From: Candidatus Latescibacterota bacterium
GTDB lineage: Bacteria; Latescibacterota; UBA2968; GCA-2709665
Reading direction: 5' to 3'
Assembly (NCBI GenBank): GCA_965237675.1
Contig: OZ250150.1
Location: 4,224,001 to 4,288,000 of the forward strand
Length of the DNA stretch: 64,000 nt
Shown here: positions 12,086 to 20,241 of the stretch, piece by piece
Layout of the letters: every line of letters starts with the position of its first letter
Numbering within the stretch: the first letter of the stretch is position 1
Notes under the pieces: generated by a model
The model's input: only the letters and a program-made list of their open reading frames with translations
Databases searched by the model: none
Told to the model about the DNA's origin: nothing
Made by a program: the position numbers and the translations under genes

Positions 12086-13900
12086 ATGCCCCGTATTCCC
12101 GAAGATACCGTGGAACAGATTCGCGACTCGGTGGATATCGTCGACGTCATTTCCGAGTATGTCGCACTCGTCAAACGGGGCAAGAGCTATCTGGGCCTCT
12201 GTCCCTTTCACGACGACCGGACCCCCTCCCTGAACGTCTCCCAGGAGAAACAGATTTACAAGTGTTTTTCCTGCGGCGCGGGCGGAAATGCCTTCATTTT
12301 CCTGATGGAACTCGAACGCATCAGCTTCATCGAAGCCGTACGCAAGCTTGCTGACCAAGTCGGCATTTCGCTGCCCGAATTTCAGCCCCGTGACCAGGCG
12401 CCAAAGGACACCAACGACGAGGTTTACAGGACGGTCGAATTCGCCCGAAAATACTTCCGTCACATGCTGCTGCGACACGAATCCGGCGCAGCAGCACGCG
12501 AATACCTCGTTGGCCGTGGCGTCTCCGAATCGATGATGGATGCCTTCTCGCTGGGCTACGCCACCAAGGCCTGGGATGGCCTGCTCAACGTGGCCGGCAG
12601 GCGGGGCTTGAGCGCCCCGATGCTCGAGCGGGCCGGACTCGTCGTGCACCGCGAGGACGGCCGATCCTACGACCGCTTCCGAGACCGCGTGATCTTTCCC
12701 ATCGAATCGCACACCGGACGCACCGTTGCTTTCGGCGCCCGCACCCTCGATCCGGAAGTACAGCCCAAATATCTGAACTCTCCGGAGACCGATATCTACA
12801 GCAAGAGCGCCACGCTTTACGGCCTCTGGAAAAACCGGGAACCCATCCGATCGACCCGAACGGCGGTTGTTGTCGAAGGCTATATGGACCTCGTTGCCCT
12901 GGCTCAATTCGATATCCGAAACGTTGTCGCCTCTTCCGGAACCGCGCTCACTCCGGACCATGCGCGCCTGCTAAAGCGGTACGCCGACCTGGCCGTACTT
13001 GTGTTTGACGGCGACGCCGCAGGTACCGCGGCCACCGTGCGCGGCGTAGGCGCCCTGGTGGAATCCGGACTGGAAATCCGCGTGGTCACGCTCGACGGCG
13101 ATGAGGATCCTGACAGCTTCGTCCGGCAGCGGGGTTCGGACGGCTTTAACGAACTGACCGAAACCGCTGCGCCAATAATGGATTTTCTCTTTAATTGGGT
13201 GCGGTCACGGGAAGACCTGTCCACATCTGACGGCAAAACCCGCGCCGTTGAAACCATTTCGGAATTCGTCGCGCGCGCGAAGGACAGTACCCGAAGGCGT
13301 TTTCTGACACAGGAAACCGCAGAGAAACTGGGGATCGACGAAGCCATCGTCATTCAGGCGGTCCAGCGCGCAGCCCGTTCCCGACCCGGAAAACGCTCGG
13401 CCGACGCCACGGAAACGGTATCCCGATCCGGGACTTTCGATCCCCGCCCACGAATGGAACGGGAACTGATCGCGCTGATGATGGCGGACGATCACACGGC
13501 CGATACGGTCTTTCAACACGTCGACGTTGAATACTTTACCAACAGTGTCTACCGCAGGATCGCCGGGATGATCTCGGAGGTGCGTAAGGAGGGGCGAACC
13601 GTCGCGGCCGCGTCCCTGCTGAATCAATGTGAAGACGCCGGCCTGGCCAATATCCTGTCCGCCCTGTCAATGGAAACCGCCGATCTCAACCCGGAAGGGC
13701 AGGTTCCGCTGCAGGACTATCTCATCGGGTTACAACTCAAGGCCCTCGACGCGAGCATCAAAGCCCTTGAGGCCCAACTGCGCACAGCCGGTGGCGGCAC
13801 CGATCCAATCGTGTTGATGGCCGAACACAAGGTTCTGACCCAACAACGCAAAGCGCTCTTCGCCGCCCCGCGTTGGCGTCCCGAACCTGCGCAACTTTGA
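12086..13900 (+). CDS. dnaG: DNA primase
   Basis: Zn finger 'CPFHDDRTPS..CFSCG', 'DRFRDRVIFPI', 'KYLNSPET', TOPRIM 'VEGYMD' and 'FDGDAAG'. Confidence 0.97.
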   Translation: MPRIPEDTVEQIRDSVDIVDVISEYVALVKRGKSYLGLCPFHDDRTPSLNVSQEKQIYKCFSCGAGGNAFIFLMELERISFIEAVRKLADQVGISLPEFQPRDQAPKDTNDEVYRTVEFARKYFRHMLLRHESGAAAREYLVGRGVSESMMDAFSLGYATKAWDGLLNVAGRRGLSAPMLERAGLVVHREDGRSYDRFRDRVIFPIESHTGRTVAFGARTLDPEVQPKYLNSPETDIYSKSATLYGLWKNREPIRSTRTAVVVEGYMDLVALAQFDIRNVVASSGTALTPDHARLLKRYADLAVLVFDGDAAGTAATVRGVGALVESGLEIRVVTLDGDEDPDSFVRQRGSDGFNELTETAAPIMDFLFNWVRSREDLSTSDGKTRAVETISEFVARAKDSTRRRFLTQETAEKLGIDEAIVIQAVQRAARSRPGKRSADATETVSRSGTFDPRPRMERELIALMMADDHTADTVFQHVDVEYFTNSVYRRIAGMISEVRKEGRTVAAASLLNQCEDAGLANILSALSMETADLNPEGQVPLQDYLIGLQLKALDASIKALEAQLRTAGGGTDPIVLMAEHKVLTQQRKALFAAPRWRPEPAQL

Positions 13901-13949
13901 CCACAATAAGCTTGTCCTTTCGAGCAAATCGAGTACATTTCCCTGTTAC

Positions 13950-14026
13950 GGGCCCTTAGCTCAGCTGGTTAGAGCGGCGGACTCATAATCCGTTGGTCGC
14001 AGGTTCGAGTCCTGCAGGGCCCACCA
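13950..14026 (+). tRNA. tRNA-Ile2 (CAT anticodon, lysidine type)
   Basis: GGGCCCT...AGGGCCC-A-CCA acceptor stem, D-arm TAGCTCAGCTGGTTAGAGC, anticodon loop CTCATAA, T-loop GTTCGAGTC. Resembles ileX-type rather than Met tRNAs. Confidence 0.92.
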
Positions 14027-14033
14027 AAACGCG

Positions 14034-14069
14034 AAAGAGGGAGTCCGAAAATCTATCGGCTCCCTCTTT
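14034..14069. terminator. Probable bidirectional intrinsic terminator
   Basis: AAAGAGGGAG...CTCCCTCTTT inverted repeat between the tRNA and the convergent nuclease gene. Confidence 0.7.
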
Positions 14070-14116
14070 AATCTTTTGGGCTTATATATTCAACATGACG
14101 AGACGTTTTCACCATG

Positions 14117-14773
14117 TCAAAAATCATCAACTTCGGCAGTAGATGTGTCTTTGTCCACACGATCAGGGCATTCACTTGCGGGGATATTACAATACCGACA
14201 TTCCCCAAAACTCGGAACTCTTTTGGCTGGTTCATTCGATGCCAGCCTGCGTATTAACTCCGAAAATCGCTTGACGAATTTCTCATCAACAGCAGATGAC
14301 GGGACAGCAACCTCCCGCTCTCCGTATACAACCCGCCCCTCAAGAGCAACATTTCTGTATTTCTCAGGAAACGCTTTGGGAACTGCATACATGTAGAGCA
14401 TTACCTGAACGTGATCTGATGCCCTTGGCTGACCCGTTTTGATGTCTATGATTCTGCAGCTATTTCCCTTCTTTGCGATTAAATCAGGCTTTCCCCCAAC
14501 CGTCGCAGTCGTTCCTGAAAGGTGAAAATAATTTTGAGTCTCGGTTGACACATCAAAACCTTTATCTTCCAGTTTCTTTTGATATTTATTCCTGGCTGCT
14601 GTATGTTCGAGTTGCCAAGCAGTTGAATCAAAATCACCTGGCAAAGCAGTCCAACTTTTCCTGTCATGTTGGGCTTGAAACCAGTTTGCCCACTCACATG
14701 ACGTTTCACCAGTAAGCAACTTCGTCAACCACGTCACCCAAACATACGGAAGACCAGATCTCTTTTCGGCCAT
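14117..14773 (-). CDS. PD-(D/E)XK nuclease, Cas4/AddB-like with 4 Cys
   Basis: 'GKPDLI...IIDIKTG', 'HVQVMLY', N-terminal Cys (SCEW) plus C-terminal 'CRYCNIPASEC'. Confidence 0.8.
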   Translation of the reverse strand: MAEKRSGLPYVWVTWLTKLLTGETSCEWANWFQAQHDRKSWTALPGDFDSTAWQLEHTAARNKYQKKLEDKGFDVSTETQNYFHLSGTTATVGGKPDLIAKKGNSCRIIDIKTGQPRASDHVQVMLYMYAVPKAFPEKYRNVALEGRVVYGEREVAVPSSAVDEKFVKRFSELIRRLASNEPAKRVPSFGECRYCNIPASECPDRVDKDTSTAEVDDF

Positions 14774-14844
14774 CTCCTCCTCACTTTCGAGACTTCCTAT
14801 CGCTCTGTGCCCATTTTAAGGAGACATTTTCCCCATTGCCCAGG

Positions 14845-16914
14845 TTATGCTCCCAGGTCATCGAGGAATTCGGAAGCGGGCTTGACGCCGGAAACCATCA
14901 GGTGGTCACGGGCACGCGTGCACGCAACATACAGCAAGTGTCTCTCCGTGTTGTAGACCTCCTCAAGGTCCGCGTCATCCGCGACGGTTTCAATGCGCTC
15001 CTGTCGCGGGATCACTTCGTCGTCGCAGGCCATGACGGCAACGGCTCGAAACTCCAGCCCCTTGGCAAGATGCATCGTCGCAACCGACACCCGACCGGTG
15101 GCCGTTTCACTGCATTCATCCAGTGTCTGGAATGAAAATCCCGATCCCTCGACGGCCTCACGCGCTCGGTCCAGTTCCCTCGCCGATCGAACAAATACCC
15201 CCATCTCACCGGCATCGACCCCCTTGTTCCCCAACGCCTTCAGCCAATTTCCGACTGCCTCACTCTCCTGCTGCGCCGCATCGAACAAGCGTATTTCCGG
15301 AGGTTCGCCGTTGAACGCCGAAACCGTCCCCCTTCGATTCTCGACGTTGCCATCCACATCGGCGACTTCGGACCCCAGAAGACGATCCGCTCGCATCCTG
15401 ATCTGATGGGACGTACGATAATTTAGCTTGAGTGTCTCAGATCTCACCCGGACATCCACGCCAGCTGCCTTCCAGGAAAACGGAGCCTGGAAAATCCGTT
15501 GTCCCAGATCACCCGAAAAGAATAGGCCGTTCGGCTTTTCGCCGCCCATAGCGGCCAGAAAACGAAGTTGGGCGACTCCTATTTCCTGAGCCTCATCCAC
15601 GACTATAAACTCATACGGTGGATGGCGACGTTCTTTGAGCCTCTCCGCGAGTATACCGCACATACCTGATCGCGTAATCAGGTTCCGTTCTGTCAATTTG
15701 ACCTTGACCCGTTCGAATATATTCCACAGGCTCGAACGCAGCTCAAGAGGCAGGCGGGGCTTGCGGCCGAGTCGTCTTACGTCGCGATAGGCCTCCCAGC
15801 CATCCAATTGCCACGCGTCAACGACATTCTCCCATTCGCTCACCAGAAAGTTGAGGGAAAAGCGATGTATTTCCTCCTCTTTGGCGCCTTCAGCCAATAG
15901 CTCGCGAACCATCTCCCCAGACGCAATTCTCGCGACACCGACCTGCGCCTTATAGACACGTTCGCATACTTGATCAATTGTGTTGACCTCCAGCCGTTCC
16001 ATTAACCGGGGTTCATTGCGAATCAGCCGCCTGACTCTGGAACGGAGAAAGTCGGCCAGGGTGTCGGAGAAGGTGGTGAGCAGAACCCGTGCGTCCGGAT
16101 TCGCGCGTGCTAGGAACACAGCTCGGTGAATTGCGACAACGGTTTTGCCAGTACCTGCCGGTCCGGATACGCGAAAAGGTCCGTTGTAGTCCCGTTCAAC
16201 AATCTTCCGTTGCGTCGGGTGCAGAAAAATCGCCCATTTCGCCCACGGAAAGTCGAGCGCAAGCTCGAGTTCGTCCTCGTTCGACACCAGCTTGAATCGT
16301 CGCTCCGCGTCTGGGTGCTCGAACGGGTCGCCGGAAACAACCGGCTCCGCCGGCTTCGGTGTCTCACCAACGGCGATCTGTAGCAACGCCTCCGCTGCTT
16401 CTTCGGGCAAGTGTTCCGACAGGTCCAATAAACTGTCTTCGTTAGCGTTACGTACGTCCTCCAGCCATTCTGGAGGAACCCCGTACTTCAAGAGATCTTC
16501 TTCCGGAGTCTCTGCGAACAAGATGGGCTTGACCGGCGGTTTCTGTTGCGGTTCCACATAAACCGGTACCACGACTTCCTTAACCGTTTCCTTTACTTCG
16601 ACCAATTGCGCCGCTCCGGTCCTGGGATGGACTTCCAATTTGCGCTTTTCCGCCCATTTGTACGCGTTGTCGTGGTGATCCACGTAGCACATCATCAGAC
16701 TCTTCGATGTACGGTGCACGATGATACGTACGTCGCGGTTCACGCGAACTGACCAGAAATTCGGGTCTTTAGCTCTGTCAACCTTGTGGAATTTCAATCC
16801 AGGATGTGCCGGGTTCATCTGCAGATCAAAGGCCGTGGTTTTCACGGCCTTTTGTTCGTTTCCGGTCAACCTGGCGAGGCTTTCGGTTAAGGTATGTGCT
16901 ATCCGAAATTCCAT
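14845..16914 (-). CDS. SF1 UvrD-like helicase with N-terminal RelE/ParE-like domain
   Basis: Walker A 'GPAGTGKT', 'VDEAQE', 'GDLGQRIF', 'NYRTS', 'TMHLAKGLEF', 'LLYVACTRAR'. N-terminus 'GLKFHKV...FWSVRVNRDVRIIV' is RelE-like. Confidence 0.85.
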   Translation of the reverse strand: MEFRIAHTLTESLARLTGNEQKAVKTTAFDLQMNPAHPGLKFHKVDRAKDPNFWSVRVNRDVRIIVHRTSKSLMMCYVDHHDNAYKWAEKRKLEVHPRTGAAQLVEVKETVKEVVVPVYVEPQQKPPVKPILFAETPEEDLLKYGVPPEWLEDVRNANEDSLLDLSEHLPEEAAEALLQIAVGETPKPAEPVVSGDPFEHPDAERRFKLVSNEDELELALDFPWAKWAIFLHPTQRKIVERDYNGPFRVSGPAGTGKTVVAIHRAVFLARANPDARVLLTTFSDTLADFLRSRVRRLIRNEPRLMERLEVNTIDQVCERVYKAQVGVARIASGEMVRELLAEGAKEEEIHRFSLNFLVSEWENVVDAWQLDGWEAYRDVRRLGRKPRLPLELRSSLWNIFERVKVKLTERNLITRSGMCGILAERLKERRHPPYEFIVVDEAQEIGVAQLRFLAAMGGEKPNGLFFSGDLGQRIFQAPFSWKAAGVDVRVRSETLKLNYRTSHQIRMRADRLLGSEVADVDGNVENRRGTVSAFNGEPPEIRLFDAAQQESEAVGNWLKALGNKGVDAGEMGVFVRSARELDRAREAVEGSGFSFQTLDECSETATGRVSVATMHLAKGLEFRAVAVMACDDEVIPRQERIETVADDADLEEVYNTERHLLYVACTRARDHLMVSGVKPASEFLDDLGA

Positions 16915-17066
16915 TTCGGTATCCGTCGTGATTGACGACCATAGGAAGTTCGTGTTCCTGGTACTGCTCGGCGGATCATCGGAATTGGACGACCGTGAGA
17001 TTTACCGTGGAAATGTCAGGCGCTGTCTTATGCTTAATGAACAATACCGTCCGGTCCCAATCTAAC

Positions 17067-18764
17067 TTACAAATTAACCCGCCATATACTCGTAGCCTGT
17101 TTCGCCATCCAAGCCTGGCGTGTGCGAATCTTCTCTACGGTCCAAGAGTCGTAGTCTTCTGCTAGTCTCCGGGTGATGGCGAAGTTACTCTTATGATAGA
17201 CCGGTCGTTTTTCGTCGAATCCCGCGTTTCCCAAATTGCGATTGTCAGCGGTCGCCATCAGTGTCATGTTTCCGAGACGGTAGGTGGACCCCTCTCTTTG
17301 CTGGTCGTTGAACTGCTCCCAGCCGTTGCCGGGATTCTCCGGCAGCACATGTTCGATGCCGTATCTCGCGCTCTCATTTTCATAGCTTTGTCCCGACATC
17401 TGTGCTTCCAGCCGGAACAGCATAAAGCGCACGATCTTTTTGTTACGACTACTAGTCGTTCGTAGTGCCTTGTCAGCAAACGCTGCCTTGAATTCCGGAT
17501 CATCCGGATACACGGGGTTAAGTTCTGCAATAGCAGCGGCCATGCTGTGTACACGGCCTTCCGCAATTCCCTGGGCAATCTGGTTGTACACGACCTCCTG
17601 CTCGTTGCTCTGGCGGCTACATATCACGTTGTAGCGAAACGAAACAACCGCTACGGCATGAAGAAATCGTCCGAAGCCGACACGGTCCTCTTCCGCGAAT
17701 CGCTCAAATGCCGCCAATAGTAATGCCAAGGGTTGACGGACGTTGAACATCTGCAACTGGGCCAGATTGGCGCGTTCTTCCGCTGTCCAAGAGTCGTCCT
17801 CCGGGCTTCGCAAGGCCGCATACACACGGGCACTCCTATCCATGTCGCGGATCAGCTCAAACGCTTTGGACTTATCGCAAATCGCGTTCCGAATGACTTT
17901 GAACAAGTCAGCCTTGCGCACCAGCCTGTTTCGGCTGTTCCAGAACACACGCAAAAACTCAGGAAGACTCTCACTCCCCAGCAAACCTACAATACCCTCC
18001 CATCGATCTTCCAGGTTGTCAATCTCGGATTCGTGCGGATTTCCGCGTGAGACGACCGAAAACAAGTAATTCTTGAGCAAATCGGTAGCGGACAAGCGCA
18101 CGCCGCGAGCATTTAGTGTCTCGAACACCTTGAAGGCATTCAATTCGTCAGTCACGGTAATGATCGTAAAGAACAGTTTATCTACAGCGACGTCAACGAA
18201 ACGCGCTACGGATTCACCTTCATTGCCACATCTTTCTCTGATATGCTCCTTGAACCAGATAAACGCGCGACGCATTAGATGTTCCGAGGCGTTTAGGCCC
18301 CTTTGCGGTAGGCGCTCCAGCGGCACCAGGTAATTCTGGTAAAAGCGATCGTTATGCCGGTTCAGCGTGAGCTTGGAGCGCGATATCAGGCTGACTGGAT
18401 CCAGGTAGCCGATGTAGTTGCTTCGTAACTGCTCAGCGCGTCGCTGTTGTGGGTCATTTGGATCGTCCGGCGGTGCTAGATCTACTAGATGCGCTATCGC
18501 CGCCAGCATCAACAAGCTAAGCGTGGTCATTCGCTGCTGTCCGTCGATAATGTCAAACGACCTGTTGTCCGAAGATTGCAGTACTAGGTAGCCCATGTAG
18601 TGAGCGGGTTCCGGGGCCTCGCCGAATAGCGCAACAATGTCCTGCCACAGGTCGTCCCATTCGTCGAGACCCCAGGAGTAGTCGCGCTGAAACATCGGCA
18701 CGCGATAGCTCAGCCCATTACCCATTAATTGGCGAAATGTGTTATTGGTCGTGTAAAAATTCAT
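17067..18764 (-). CDS. DUF262 + DUF1524 (GmrSD/SspE-like) nuclease
   Basis: 'VPMFQRDYSW', 'IIDGQQRMTT', 'FETLNARG' (DUF262); 'IEHVLPE...RLGNMTL...N' (HNH-like DUF1524). Confidence 0.9.
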   Translation of the reverse strand: MNFYTTNNTFRQLMGNGLSYRVPMFQRDYSWGLDEWDDLWQDIVALFGEAPEPAHYMGYLVLQSSDNRSFDIIDGQQRMTTLSLLMLAAIAHLVDLAPPDDPNDPQQRRAEQLRSNYIGYLDPVSLISRSKLTLNRHNDRFYQNYLVPLERLPQRGLNASEHLMRRAFIWFKEHIRERCGNEGESVARFVDVAVDKLFFTIITVTDELNAFKVFETLNARGVRLSATDLLKNYLFSVVSRGNPHESEIDNLEDRWEGIVGLLGSESLPEFLRVFWNSRNRLVRKADLFKVIRNAICDKSKAFELIRDMDRSARVYAALRSPEDDSWTAEERANLAQLQMFNVRQPLALLLAAFERFAEEDRVGFGRFLHAVAVVSFRYNVICSRQSNEQEVVYNQIAQGIAEGRVHSMAAAIAELNPVYPDDPEFKAAFADKALRTTSSRNKKIVRFMLFRLEAQMSGQSYENESARYGIEHVLPENPGNGWEQFNDQQREGSTYRLGNMTLMATADNRNLGNAGFDEKRPVYHKSNFAITRRLAEDYDSWTVEKIRTRQAWMAKQATSIWRVNL

Positions 18765-18941
18765 TAACTACCCACCTCCAGAATTCGTCTCGTTTAATCA
18801 GCTAGCTGATCCTTCGAAACGGTACTACACGCTCTCCTCTACACCTTCCAATATACACGAAACTCGGATGGAGAGTTGTCCCTGTTTCTATATTGGCACG
18901 TTGGGAATTCCAATCGTGACTTTGACGCAATCCTGAATTAG

Positions 18942-19613
18942 TCAGTGCTGGCAACCCGAGAGCTTTTCGACAATAGAATCGAAGTTTACCAACATCTGCC
19001 GTTCGAAAGATCCCCACGACCTATAACAACGCAACGAAGTTTTATGGAAATTGGGTGCGAACTTCGTGGCCTCGATTTTCGTCAGCACCACAGATAACGT
19101 TTCGTAGATATTTCTAATGTTTCCGTAATTGTCACGATTTGGTACTCTCTATGAATTCATGAACCCGCTTCTGATATTCGTTAGTCCTTCGTCGATATTA
19201 TAGTTCCAAAATTTCCTTTCCCTGTTGTTATTCGGAGATACGTCTCCGTTGCGGAAGTCTGACGACCAGCGACAGAAGTCATCGCACAACGACTGAAACA
19301 GCGCTTCCGAGACAACAAATTGATCCAGATCGGAATTTGGGACAAACGGGTTTCCGAATTTTCCTTTTTTTAATGACAACGACGAACACAGTCGTGCACT
19401 TCCGGTCATACTAATCGCTTTAGCCTCAACGCCAAGTTTCCTGCTAAGCCACGAACGAAGCGATTCGTAGACTGCCGGACACTCTCTGAATGCAAAGGGT
19501 ATCCCTTCCGAAAGCCATTGCCGAGCAATCGCTACTCGATCCGTGGCCGCGCCGTCGCACATAGCCTTCAGTAATTGTCTCACGGTCGGATAGCGGTCGG
19601 AAATTGTGGCCAA
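18942..19613 (-). pseudogene. Pol-beta-superfamily nucleotidyltransferase-like gene interrupted by in-frame TAG (19149-19151)
   Basis: 'TGSARL.SS...F..NSDLD' GS/DxD motif. The frame continues past the TAG as RVPNRDNY...SLRCYRSWGSFERQ...QH to a TGA at 18942. Confidence 0.6.
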
Positions 19614-19626
19614 TGATGCAGAAAAC

Positions 19627-20241
19627 TCAAATGGCTTGTTTGCACACCTCTCGAATCGAGCCGGGCTCTACCTTTGCTCGGTTATATCGCGCCAATAGGT
19701 AGGCACATCTTTGTTCTATTTTGCGTAGCCGTTTGGCCGAAGCTTCCCTTGGCTGTGGATACTTGAGGCGAGCTACGAATAGAGCTGCAGAGTTCAAGTC
19801 TGATGAAGCTGGATCTATTCCTAACCGTTCACATGCCTGAACAAAGTTGTTCATTCGCCAACCGTAGTATGCTACCCACAAATAGAGTCCTGGAAGGTCT
19901 TCTCTTGGGACGTATCGAGTAAGCCAAACTGCCAGAACGATTTCTCGGGCCTTTCTCCGGACGGTGTTATCGTATCCCCGCATCAGGACCCGGGCAAGCT
20001 GCATCGCAATCGTGGAGCCACCTTCTTTACGGCCACAAACAGTCGTTCTCCAAGCAGCACGACATAATGCAACCGGATCGAAACCTGGATGGCGAAAGAA
20101 CCGATGGTCTTCGCCAAGAATAAGCAACGAGCACATTTGCGCGTTCGGATGCGCTTCGCACTGACGGTCGTATGCGCGTTTAACCCGATCGATTTCCCTT
20201 TTCAACTCTTTCCACATCCCATTCCAATACGTCACGATCAT
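19627..20241 (-). CDS. GT51 (peptidoglycan transglycosylase-like) domain protein without membrane anchor
   Basis: 'EDHRFFRHPG', 'GGSTIAMQLAR', 'RRKARE' GT51 motifs; start overlaps the mod stop (ATGA). Confidence 0.8.
   Translation of the reverse strand: MIVTYWNGMWKELKREIDRVKRAYDRQCEAHPNAQMCSLLILGEDHRFFRHPGFDPVALCRAAWRTTVCGRKEGGSTIAMQLARVLMRGYDNTVRRKAREIVLAVWLTRYVPREDLPGLYLWVAYYGWRMNNFVQACERLGIDPASSDLNSAALFVARLKYPQPREASAKRLRKIEQRCAYLLARYNRAKVEPGSIREVCKQAI

Noticed and set aside
13950-14026. tRNA-Met or initiator tRNA
   Set aside because: It has a paired 1:72 position, lacks the three consecutive G-C anticodon-stem pairs of initiators, and overall resembles Ile2. Elongator Met is not fully excluded without a covariance model.
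14117-14773. CRISPR-Cas locus suggested by the Cas4-like gene
   Set aside because: No repeat-spacer array or other cas genes were seen in the window.
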